49,728 nucleotides of DNA from a virus (taxonomy: Duplodnaviria; Caudoviricetes), in IMG/VR virus record IMGVR_UViG_3300031228_000008, positions 1 to 49,728 of that record; one strand, written 5' to 3'. Shown one piece after another: positions 9,928 to 17,999 of this stretch. Below the pieces are notes generated by a model. That model was not told the origin of the DNA. It did not search any database and was given only the letters and a program-made list of their open reading frames with translations. The translations under genes were made by a program, and so were the position numbers. Within the stretch, counting starts at the first letter, position 1, and each line of letters starts with the position of its first letter.

Positions 9928-10520
9928 TCCTCGTCCTCGTCCATCATCTCGTCCAACTGGGACGCCAGGGAGGCGCGGTGTGTGGCGACGGCGACGGCGG
10001 CCTTGTGGAGCATCTTGGCCGCCTCCGTAGGGTCCACGCCCTGGGAGATCGACCAGGCCACCCCTACGGCGTTGTTGTAGTCGAGGAGCTTGTCCGGGAT
10101 CATCGCCAGGCCCATCGACTGTTCGTCCGCATCGAGGGCGATCGCGAGGACCCGGCGGATCGTGGCGTTCTGCTTCACGTCGAGGGCCTTCTGGAAGGCC
10201 TCGGTCCCGTAGTAGGTGCGGGACTCCCGGACCTCGCCCTCCTCGGTCTGGATCACCTGGTCGGCCACGAGGCCGTCGAAGGCCTCCTCGATCTCCGCGA
10301 TGTGGTTGGCGTTGAACCGGAGATGGACCTTCCGCGTCGGCGGGTTCCAGTCCTCCTCGTCGTCGAGGTCGTCGGGCGGTTCGGGGAGCGTGCCGTCCTG
10401 GAGTCGGTACAGGGTGACCGGGACGCCGCGGTTGCGGAGGATGTAGGGCGGGACGAAGTCGGGGTTGGGGGGCGAGGCGGGAGGCGCGGCCTCGACCTCG
10501 GGGGCTTCTTCTTCGGACAC
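9924..10520 (-). CDS. Tail assembly chaperone (gpG-like)
   Basis: Lies between major tail and tape measure genes; LRFNANHIAEIEEAF; CAGGAG RBS. Confidence 0.7.
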   Translation of the reverse strand: MSEEEAPEVEAAPPASPPNPDFVPPYILRNRGVPVTLYRLQDGTLPEPPDDLDDEEDWNPPTRKVHLRFNANHIAEIEEAFDGLVADQVIQTEEGEVRESRTYYGTEAFQKALDVKQNATIRRVLAIALDADEQSMGLAMIPDKLLDYNNAVGVAWSISQGVDPTEAAKMLHKAAVAVATHRASLASQLDEMMDEDEE

Positions 10521-10579
10521 GGTGGGTCTCCTGGGGTAGTCGGTTCAACCGGGGAGGAGAGTAGCCCAGACGCGACGAA

Positions 10580-10601
10580 GGGGCCGGACATAGCCGGCCC
10601 C
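10580..10601 (-). terminator. Hairpin after the major tail gene
   Basis: GGGGCCGG-N6-CCGGCCCC, followed by UUCG on the minus strand. Confidence 0.55.
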
Positions 10602-10628
10602 CTCGGGCGATGACCTCGACTCGACGTC

Positions 10629-11204
10629 TTAGGCGGCGAGGAGGGTCGCCGGAACCCCGGTCGCCTCGTTGTAGAAGTCGATGTCCGCCATGACGTTCTG
10701 CCAGGGGGCGTCTCCGGCCAGGCCGATCGCCTCCAACTCCATGCCCGGTTGGCCGAAGTTGTCGGTCGACTGGCCCAGGATCGAACCCCCCGTGATCTGG
10801 CACTTGTAGAGGGAGACCACCAGGTCCTCGATCCCGTTGTCCGCGTCCTCGATGACGAAGGCGGCCCCGAAGTAGGGGAGGGAGACGCCCGCGGTCATCC
10901 GCATCCGGGCATGGTCGGCGTCGACATCGGTGGTCGTGGTGGCCATGATGACCTCCATGACGTCGGCGGAGAGGCGGCCGTAGGTGGCCGACAGGGACAG
11001 GCGGTCCAGCTTGCCCTTCTTGGCGATGACCTTGCCATCGCCCTTCAACTCGGCGGTCACGAGGGTCGGGTCCAGGCCGACCTCCGCGATGCCGTAGACG
11101 TCGATCCCCGCTCCGTAGACCGGGGAGGCCCCGGTATTCGAGGTCAGGGGGTAGACCTTGAAGTCGTGGACGTCGAACAGGATCGTCTCGTGGGCGGCGG
11201 CCAT
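10629..11204 (-). CDS. Major tail (tube) protein
   Basis: AELKGDG and LYKC motifs; size and synteny. Confidence 0.8.
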   Translation of the reverse strand: MAAAHETILFDVHDFKVYPLTSNTGASPVYGAGIDVYGIAEVGLDPTLVTAELKGDGKVIAKKGKLDRLSLSATYGRLSADVMEVIMATTTTDVDADHARMRMTAGVSLPYFGAAFVIEDADNGIEDLVVSLYKCQITGGSILGQSTDNFGQPGMELEAIGLAGDAPWQNVMADIDFYNEATGVPATLLAA

Positions 11205-11258
11205 GGGTGTCCTCCTAGGACGACAGAGTGAAGGGGAGGCGGGTCATCGGAGCAGAGG

Positions 11259-11639
11259 TTACCGAAGACGCGGGGTGGAGACCGTGATCGCGTGGTGGAT
11301 GATGTCATCCTCCGCTTCCGGCCCGGGGACGAGGACGACGTCGATGACCCGGAGGCGGAGGCCTTCGGTCACGGCGGCCCCGTCGATGGCGTCCACGACC
11401 GCGTCGATGATGACGTCCACCGCGGTCCCCTCGTCGGACCAGATGTCGACCTGGACGGACCGGCGGCGGGCCAGGGTCCGGGCGTCCCCCTGGAGGGCGA
11501 TGACGTCAGACACGGGGTCGAGGAAGCTCGCGTACGGGAGGGCGGCGTCGTCGGGGATGTGGCCGTCCCGGTAGGTCTGGGTCAGGGTCGTCCCCGCCCC
11601 ATCCACCAGGGCCTTGATCTCGCCTCCCAGAGTCGCCAT
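11259..11639 (-). CDS. Tail terminator
   Basis: LPYASF...VQVDIW...IIHHAITV; upstream of the major tail gene. Confidence 0.75.
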   Translation of the reverse strand: MATLGGEIKALVDGAGTTLTQTYRDGHIPDDAALPYASFLDPVSDVIALQGDARTLARRRSVQVDIWSDEGTAVDVIIDAVVDAIDGAAVTEGLRLRVIDVVLVPGPEAEDDIIHHAITVSTPRLR

Positions 11640-11654
11640 GGGGGGAGCCTACGT

Positions 11655-12146
11655 CTACGCCGCGATCTCTCGGGGGAGCCGGCCCACCCGGGTCCTCTCC
11701 TCCGCGACCACGCCGCGGACGATGAGGGCGACGATCTGGTTCGTCAGTTCGTCGATGGCCGGACGGAGATGAGGGCGGGCCTGCATGTACCGGGTCCCGA
11801 ACTCCAACCACGGGGCGTAGACCACGTTGGTCCCGACCTCGACGTAGACGCCCCGGAAGTCCTCGCCGGTCCTCCAGGTGTAGCTGGACCGGAGGCGGCC
11901 GGTGTCGACGGCGGGGGGTTGGCCTGGCGCGGAGGCCTGGTGGATGACCCCTCCGCGTTGGTAGAGGCGGCCGGTCCCCTTCTGGGAGAGGTTCTTCTTC
12001 ACCCGGTTCGAGACGAGGACCCCGACATCGGAGAGGCCCTTCTTCCCGCCCACCCCGATCCCGTCGAGGACGTCCGCCAGGTTCTTCGTGGCGATCCCCA
12101 ACGCCCTCTGGTTCGACTTCTGGAGCCGTGCCGACTCTCCGGCCAC
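11655..12146 (-). CDS. HK97 gp10-like neck/tail-completion protein
   Basis: PAVDTGRLRSS...VGTNVVYAPWLEFGTRYMQARPHLRPA. Confidence 0.9.
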   Translation of the reverse strand: MAGESARLQKSNQRALGIATKNLADVLDGIGVGGKKGLSDVGVLVSNRVKKNLSQKGTGRLYQRGGVIHQASAPGQPPAVDTGRLRSSYTWRTGEDFRGVYVEVGTNVVYAPWLEFGTRYMQARPHLRPAIDELTNQIVALIVRGVVAEERTRVGRLPREIAA

Positions 12147-12147
12147 G

Positions 12148-12492
12148 TCAGGCCCGGATCGTGGTCCTAGAACAGAGGAGGCGGAGATGGAGCCTCGTCG
12201 TCCGGACCGCGTCGATCGTGTAGGTCCCGAGGAGGTTGGGCCGTGCGGGGTCGTCGAGGGCGTCGACCCGGAGGCGCATCCGATCGTTGACCGCGGTACC
12301 GGACGGGACCTTGACCGCGATGTCGTGGGTCTGGCCGACCTGGGCGGCGATCTCCACGTCGCGGGCCGACAGTTCGTCCACCCTGGCCCCCTGGATGGCC
12401 GTCTCCTGGGCGGGACGGGTCGTCCGGCCCTCCGCGTCCACGACGGCCTCTCCGTCCGTCAGGAGGACCACGGAGTCCGTGGCCCCGATCAT
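12148..12492 (-). CDS. Head closure (stopper) protein
   Basis: Synteny; ATGA overlap with the adaptor stop (start re-called). Confidence 0.6.
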   Translation of the reverse strand: MIGATDSVVLLTDGEAVVDAEGRTTRPAQETAIQGARVDELSARDVEIAAQVGQTHDIAVKVPSGTAVNDRMRLRVDALDDPARPNLLGTYTIDAVRTTRLHLRLLCSRTTIRA

Positions 12493-13088
12493 CGACGCGC
12501 CCTCCGCCGCTTCCACCTGGCGAAGGCCTCCAACTCGTCCTCCATGAAGCCTCCACGTCCACCCTTCACGCCCCCGGCGGCGGAGAGTTGGGTTCCCTCG
12601 ACGTTGGCGAGGGAGACCCCGGCGAGGTCCTGGCGGACGACCCAGTTGAAGTCTCGGGCGGCGATCCGGAGAAGCGCGCCCCGAGCCTTCCGTCCGAAGC
12701 TCGTGGCGGGATCGTCGCCTGGGAGGCCCCCGGTGTAGGAGACGATCGGGCGGATGGTCTGGCCGGAGATGGCCGGCGGGGTCCCGAGGAACGACAGGCC
12801 GGACAGGCCGAAGGACTCCCGGGTGAAGTTCGCGATGGCCGCCCCGTCGTAGGAGACGGCGGTGACCTCGACGACAGGCGTGGCGGAGAGGAAGACCTTG
12901 CCGCGGTGGGAGATGGAGAACTCCTCGTCCACGACCGCGGTGGGGACGATGGGCCGCTTCACGTAGGCCTCCAGGTCCCCTTCGAGGCCGTCGATGATCT
13001 CGTCCGCCGCGTTGGCCTCGTCGGACTCCGCGGCGATGGGCCGCTTCATGTAGCCGGCGAGGTCTTGCGCGTCGATGATCTGACCCAT
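12489..13088 (-). CDS. Head-to-tail adaptor
   Basis: DLAGYMKR...LSATPVVEVTAV...VSYTGG pattern; synteny. Confidence 0.75.
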   Translation of the reverse strand: MGQIIDAQDLAGYMKRPIAAESDEANAADEIIDGLEGDLEAYVKRPIVPTAVVDEEFSISHRGKVFLSATPVVEVTAVSYDGAAIANFTRESFGLSGLSFLGTPPAISGQTIRPIVSYTGGLPGDDPATSFGRKARGALLRIAARDFNWVVRQDLAGVSLANVEGTQLSAAGGVKGGRGGFMEDELEAFARWKRRRARR

Positions 13089-13107
13089 GGCCGACAGGGT
13101 ACGCGAG

Positions 13108-13141
13108 AAGGCCCCCGACCCGGGGGAGAGTCGGGGGCCTT
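13108..13141 (-). terminator. 12-bp stem hairpin
   Basis: AAGGCCCCCGAC-N10-GTCGGGGGCCTT after the 72-aa gene. Confidence 0.65.
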
Positions 13142-13154
13142 GGTCCGAAGGATG

Positions 13155-13373
13155 TCAGACGATGGCGGCCGCCCGGGGCCGGCGACCCATGAGGACGTCG
13201 AGGTCCCGGCGGAACGACGGGGCCTCCTTGATGAAGGCGGCCATGATGAAGCCCCGGAGGAGGGACCGGCTCGCGAGGTTGGAGTAGATGGCCAGGCGGC
13301 CCTGGCGGTCCTGGGAGAAGACCCAGGTGGCGAAGGCTGGATTGTTGATGGCGTTGTCGGCGGTGATCTGCAT
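13155..13373 (-). CDS. Hypothetical protein in its own promoter-gene-terminator unit (moron-like)
   Basis: ATG 6 nt after CATAAT; hairpin downstream. Confidence 0.65.
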   Translation of the reverse strand: MQITADNAINNPAFATWVFSQDRQGRLAIYSNLASRSLLRGFIMAAFIKEAPSFRRDLDVLMGRRPRAAAIV

Positions 13374-13379
13374 GCCCTC

Positions 13380-13419
13380 ATTATGGGGGGTCCTCCCAGA
13401 GTTGTCAACCCCGGTTGGG
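13380..13419 (-). promoter_or_regulatory. Sigma-70-type promoter with operator over the -35; leaderless
   Basis: CCCAACCGGGG-TTGACA-N17-CATAAT-N6-ATG. Confidence 0.85.
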
Positions 13420-13440
13420 AACCTATCTAGAATCTAGATT

Positions 13441-14580
13441 CTAGGAGGAGGCCAGGAGATCGAGGTACAGGTCCCGCCACCGATGCGCGCCCTGGCGAAT
13501 GTCGAGGGCCTTCACGGCCCGGAGGTTCGAGGCCGCCTCCACGTACCACTCCTCACGGTCCACGAGAAGGTCGAGGGCCTTGGCCCAGTCTCGGGGCCGG
13601 CGGGCGGTCACCCCGATCCCGTAGTCCTCCTGGAGCTTCCGGTACTCGGGGAGATCCTGGGCGACGAACGGGACCCCGGCGGCGGCGTACTCGATCCCCT
13701 TGACCCACGACTTGGACCGGTTGAAGGCCACGTCCCGGAGGGGGACCATGCCGACGTCGAGGGGACGGAACAGGGCGGGGTAGTCGTCGATCGGGGCGAT
13801 GGGGTTCGAGTGGGTGGCCACTCCCTCGTCCAGGCCGACCGACTCGACGAAGGTGGGCGCGCCCTCGATCTCCCCTCCGTGGTACCAGATGGTCTCGGGG
13901 TGTCGGCGCGCCCACGGCCCCAGGACTCCCCGGAGGGTCTCCAGATCCCCCGACCGCCAGGGCGTGGCCCCGACCCATCCGACCACGGGGCAGAGTTGCC
14001 GGCCTAGCTCCAGGTGCTCCAGGCTGATCGCCTCGAAGGCCTTGGTATCGACGTGGTTGGGGAGGACCCAGATCGGGCACTTCACCCCCTGTTGACGAAG
14101 GGCGTCTTCGAGGGCCGGCGTAGAGACGGTCACGGCGGACGCTTCCCGGATTCCCCGGATGTACCACTCCCGGTTCTCGATCGGGTTGACCTGGGGGTCC
14201 GTGACCTGGGCGGCCCGGTTCTTCGGGTCCAAGGCCCAGAAGTGGTCGTCCACGTCCTGGACCACGACCTGGCCGGCGGCCTTCGCCACCCGGGTCTCCT
14301 CGACGATGGAGGCGAACATCCAGCGTTGGAGGACGATGAGGTCCGGGACTTGGATGGTGGCCTCGCCTTCGGGGTGGTCGGGCCACGACCGGACCCCGAA
14401 GACCCCGGCGGTCTGGTCGAAGACCAGGGTCCCCTCGAAGACCTCGAAGGCGTCCAGGATGTGGCGGCCCGGGAGGCCCAGGCGGTACCACCCCGCGCCA
14501 CCCAGGGAGGGCTTCTCGGTGGCGAAGCTCCAGTCCGACGTGGCCAGTCCGATCTTCACTCGAACCGTTCCTCGCGCCAC
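13441..14580 (-). CDS. Glycosyltransferase (GT-B, GT4-like)
   Basis: LIVLQR, DVDD, VTVSTPAL, LPN, VGWVG, DVGMVPL...FNRSKSWVKGIEYAAAGVP. Confidence 0.88.
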   Translation of the reverse strand: MARGTVRVKIGLATSDWSFATEKPSLGGAGWYRLGLPGRHILDAFEVFEGTLVFDQTAGVFGVRSWPDHPEGEATIQVPDLIVLQRWMFASIVEETRVAKAAGQVVVQDVDDHFWALDPKNRAAQVTDPQVNPIENREWYIRGIREASAVTVSTPALEDALRQQGVKCPIWVLPNHVDTKAFEAISLEHLELGRQLCPVVGWVGATPWRSGDLETLRGVLGPWARRHPETIWYHGGEIEGAPTFVESVGLDEGVATHSNPIAPIDDYPALFRPLDVGMVPLRDVAFNRSKSWVKGIEYAAAGVPFVAQDLPEYRKLQEDYGIGVTARRPRDWAKALDLLVDREEWYVEAASNLRAVKALDIRQGAHRWRDLYLDLLASS

Positions 14581-14759
14581 CCCATCGGGAACGTCACGTC
14601 CGGAGTGAACCGGGCGATCACCTTCCCGGTCAGGACTCGGTGAACCTCGGAGGTCTTGCCCTCCGCCGCGATCGCCTTGGCCCGGAGGCGGGCCTTCGTC
14701 TTGTCGTTCGTCCGGAAGGTCCTGGACCCCCCGGTGACCTTGAACCGGCGGGCACTCAT
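14556..14759 (-). CDS. Small basic hypothetical protein
   Basis: MSARRFKVTGG...; ATGA overlap with the methyltransferase stop. Confidence 0.5.
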   Translation of the reverse strand: MSARRFKVTGGSRTFRTNDKTKARLRAKAIAAEGKTSEVHRVLTGKVIARFTPDVTFPMGWREERFE

Positions 14760-15313
14760 CCTGGGACCTGGGCCTGGACGGCGGTCTGCCAGGGGGCCGT
14801 GGACGGGTTGGGCCAGGCGGGCTTGGCCACGGAGACGATCGGGACCGTGAAGGCGTCGGGGAAGACCGACTGGACGGCCTCCAACGTGAGGGCGGCCGTC
14901 GGCGTCCAGGCGTGGCCGTGACCGGTTGGTTCGGTCCGGGGGTCTGCCAGGATCGCCTCGATGAGCCAGTCCGGTTGCTTCGTCATGGCGGCCCGGACGA
15001 TGCAAGGGCCGACCACCATGACGGTCCCGCCTGGGCGGACCACGCGGGCGACCTGGTCCAGGGCTTCGGGGATGCGGGACCATTCCAGGTGTTCGAGGAA
15101 GTGGCCCACGTAGGCGGCCTGGAAGGAGTCCTCCGGGAACTGGTCGGCCAGGTCGAAGACCGAGACCTTCACGTCCGGGGGCCGGCATTCGTCGGGCGGA
15201 TCGTGGAGGTCGACGTTGACCCACCCCTCCGCGTAGTGAGGTCCGGAACCCAGGTTGAGGCCGTGGGTCTGGAGGAGGGCGTCCTTCGCGGACGCGGTCG
15301 GGGGCTTGGGCAT
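14756..15313 (-). CDS. Class I SAM-dependent methyltransferase (Methyltransf_11-like)
   Basis: LNLGSG...GWVNVD...HFLEHL...RVVRPGG. Confidence 0.88.
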   Translation of the reverse strand: MPKPPTASAKDALLQTHGLNLGSGPHYAEGWVNVDLHDPPDECRPPDVKVSVFDLADQFPEDSFQAAYVGHFLEHLEWSRIPEALDQVARVVRPGGTVMVVGPCIVRAAMTKQPDWLIEAILADPRTEPTGHGHAWTPTAALTLEAVQSVFPDAFTVPIVSVAKPAWPNPSTAPWQTAVQAQVPG

Positions 15314-15353
15314 GGGTGGGTCTCCTTGCGTGGGCCGGCGTGGCCGGCGGGGG

Positions 15354-15569
15354 TTACAGGTCGAAGTAGGGGGCGGACTTCTTCTCCAAGACCGGGCCGT
15401 CCTCGTCCCAATCCGTGGCCTCGTCGGGCGTGGCGAAGACGGTCTCGACCGCGTCGATGGCCTCGTTCCGGGACATCTCGTCCGCGCCCTCGATCCCGAG
15501 GGAGCCGGCGTAGGCCTGCCAGTCCTCGGTCCCGGCGTTCTTGGCGGGGGCGTTGTCGGGGAGGCTCAT
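15354..15569 (-). CDS. Small protein with helix-extension-helix-like motif
   Basis: PAKNAGTEDWQAYAGSLGI..MSRNEAI; similar to the C-terminus of 32532-32741. Confidence 0.6.
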   Translation of the reverse strand: MSLPDNAPAKNAGTEDWQAYAGSLGIEGADEMSRNEAIDAVETVFATPDEATDWDEDGPVLEKKSAPYFDL

Positions 15570-15937
15570 CGGCCGGCCACCTTGTTCTGGAGGGGGACCA
15601 CGCCGGTCGCGTCGTCGGACGTAGGGACCTTCTTCTGGGTCCCGTCCTTGCGGACCCCGAGGGCCTTGGCGACCTCGGAGGGGATCACCTGGCCCGGGGT
15701 GTACCGGAGGACCTTCCGGGTCCGGGTCTTCGATCGGGGGATGCGGACCTTCTCGAAGATCCGCTCCGACGCTACGACATCGGCCATGGTGGGCTTCCTC
15801 TCTGCTGGGGGTCGGTACTCACGCGACCATTCCGAGAAGGCTACGTGGTCGGGAACATCCGTGGACCCATCCCGGGGTCCACAAGCTCCCTGGGGCGCGC
15901 CACAAGCCGGACACGGCGGGACGTCATCGAGGGCCAC
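15566..15937 (-). CDS. Hypothetical protein with CPAC..C motif (start 15937 or 15787)
   Basis: Open frame with GC-rich third codon positions. Confidence 0.55.
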   Translation of the reverse strand: MALDDVPPCPACGAPQGACGPRDGSTDVPDHVAFSEWSREYRPPAERKPTMADVVASERIFEKVRIPRSKTRTRKVLRYTPGQVIPSEVAKALGVRKDGTQKKVPTSDDATGVVPLQNKVAGR

Positions 15938-16289
15938 GGAGGAGGTTCGGGTCGAGGGGGACGGACTGGCCGCCGGTCGGGATGACGAGGCGCGGGGTCC
16001 GGGCCTCCTGCATCTCCTTGATGATGGAGATGAGGACGTCCCGCTTCCTCTCCTGGACCCGGACGTCGAACAGACGGCGGACGGTGGCCTCGGGGTCGGG
16101 GGGCACGAACAGGGAGACGAGGGTCTCCACCTGGGCCTGGATGTCGAGGAGGGGGCCGATCGTCCCCCCGTTGGCCTCGACCACGTTCGCGAACTTCTCG
16201 ACCTCGGACCGGAGGGCGTCGAGATCGGCGGCGGACGGGAGGCGGGGATCGTCGGCGGGGATGGCGTTCCCCTGTTCGTCGGTGAGCAT
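15924..16289 (-). CDS. Hypothetical protein
   Basis: CAAGGAG RBS; TACCAT -10 with operator upstream. Confidence 0.7.
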   Translation of the reverse strand: MLTDEQGNAIPADDPRLPSAADLDALRSEVEKFANVVEANGGTIGPLLDIQAQVETLVSLFVPPDPEATVRRLFDVRVQERKRDVLISIIKEMQEARTPRLVIPTGGQSVPLDPNLLRGPR

Positions 16290-16339
16290 GGGAGGTCTCC
16301 TTGGAGTCGGTGGGTCTCAACCGGGGATGGTAACACGCG

Positions 16340-16365
16340 AAGAAGGACCCCCGAAGGGGTCCCTC
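16340..16365 (-). terminator. Intrinsic terminator after the capsid gene
   Basis: GAGGGACCCC-UUCG-GGGGUCCUUC then UU. Confidence 0.75.
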
Positions 16366-16396
16366 TCCTGGCCGGGTCCAACCGGAACTGGGTGGC

Positions 16397-17755
16397 CTAG
16401 GCCGGCGCGGCGTCGAACTCGACCTCGACGAAGGCCTCGGGCCGCTTCGTGGCGAGGGCCAGACGCTCCTCCGCCAGGACCACGATCGCGTTCTCCACGA
16501 AGAATGTGGAGTGCTGCTCCGCGATCCGGATGTTGCCCTCCTCACGGTCGTACAACTGGGCACCGATGCCGAAGGCCCCGACGAGGCCGAAGCCTTCGTC
16601 CATGGCCGGCGTGGTGACGACCGGTGACCGCCAGACCCTCTGCTCCCCGCCCATGGCGATCGACAGGGCCAGGAGGTACTGGCCGTTGTCGTCCTTGAGG
16701 AGTTCCATGTCCTCCCAGTCGCCATCGTGGAGGACGACGCCGGTCGGCTCGTAGTACGCCAGGAGCGCGAGGGTCATGGCACGCCGGAGCGCGTCCGCCT
16801 TGTTGTCGGCGGTCCCGTTCTCGGCGGCCGTCGCCCCGTCGCTCCAGGCGTAGGTCTGGATGCCCGGGACGTTGCGGATGCCCAGGAGGTCCTGGCCGGT
16901 CCCCGTGCCGTTGAGGATCTGGTCGTCCTCGACGAGGCGGAGGCCGTACAGAAGCTCGTTCTCGATGAGGCCCCGAAGCTGGGGTTCATCCGCGAGGGCG
17001 TTCCGGTGGGCCGCCTCCCAGTGGGCGATGGTCCGGACCGAGGCCTGCTCCCCCGTGAACGTCAGGGCCGACTGGTTCTTCGTGCCGAACCCATCGTTGG
17101 CCTCGTTCCGGTCCGCGACCGGCGACGCGTTGTTGGTGAAGCCGGTGACCCGGAAGTATTCGATCACCGCGGCGGTCGTGTTCTGGACCGGGAACAGGTC
17201 CCGGACCCGACGCGTCCGCTGGGGGCGACCCACCATGGGGTCACGCTGGACGGTGCCGAACCGACCAGGGGTCCCACCCGGAAGATCCGAGTAGACGTCC
17301 TTGGTCTGCATCATCGAACCGAGGTCGCCCTTCACGGAGAAGGGGCGGCGGGTCTTGAACTCCCCGGCCTCCATCATCTCCTTGAAGACGTCGGACTCGA
17401 TGAAGGCCTGGCCGACCGTCTTGACGGCCTCCGCCTCCGACCCACCGAAGAAGTCGGCCATGGCGGACTTGATCCCGCCGGCCACCTTCTCCGGCTCGTC
17501 CAGGCGGTCGAGGAAGGACTTGCCGTCCTCGACGTCGAGGATCGCCTGGAGGGCCTCCTGGGCCTCCTTCTTCTCCGCCTGGAGGGTCTGGAACTCCTCC
17601 TTCATCCCCTTCTCCATCTGGAGGGGGGCGTCTTCGGTCCCCTCCCCCTTGATGGCGGAGACGATCTCGTTCTGGCGGTTCTGCTTCTCCTCGATGGTGG
17701 AGCGAAGGGTCTTCTTCTGCTCCAGGTGCTCCGACACGGTCTTCGATGCGGGCAT
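16397..17755 (-). CDS. Major capsid protein, HK97 fold, with delta domain
   Basis: RVRDLF, TIAHW, EDDQILNGTG, LLKDDNGQYL, FVENAIVVLAEERLAL..RPEAFV. Confidence 0.97.
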   Translation of the reverse strand: MPASKTVSEHLEQKKTLRSTIEEKQNRQNEIVSAIKGEGTEDAPLQMEKGMKEEFQTLQAEKKEAQEALQAILDVEDGKSFLDRLDEPEKVAGGIKSAMADFFGGSEAEAVKTVGQAFIESDVFKEMMEAGEFKTRRPFSVKGDLGSMMQTKDVYSDLPGGTPGRFGTVQRDPMVGRPQRTRRVRDLFPVQNTTAAVIEYFRVTGFTNNASPVADRNEANDGFGTKNQSALTFTGEQASVRTIAHWEAAHRNALADEPQLRGLIENELLYGLRLVEDDQILNGTGTGQDLLGIRNVPGIQTYAWSDGATAAENGTADNKADALRRAMTLALLAYYEPTGVVLHDGDWEDMELLKDDNGQYLLALSIAMGGEQRVWRSPVVTTPAMDEGFGLVGAFGIGAQLYDREEGNIRIAEQHSTFFVENAIVVLAEERLALATKRPEAFVEVEFDAAPA

Positions 17756-17849
17756 GGTCTGTCCTCCTCGGACGGGTTGCGATTGGTTGAGGGGGACCGT
17801 CCCCGGTCAGTACCGGCGTCGGGTTCCGTTGTGGGACCACGATAACGAC

Positions 17850-17947
17850 CATCTCAACGGGAGATGGGGACATCCCCACCTATCCCCAGGAACGGGGGCG
17901 GGGTGCCAGATCGTCACCCGGGGTTGGCATCTCAGACGGAGATGGGG
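17850..17947. promoter_or_regulatory. Two copies of palindrome CATCTC-N5-GAGATG(GGG) upstream of the capsid gene
   Basis: Copies at 17850-17869 and 17928-17947. Confidence 0.55.
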
Positions 17948-17999
17948 CCGGCCAGGCGGGCGGAGAGTTGCCTATGGGGCTTGGCCGGCCCCGGACCCG

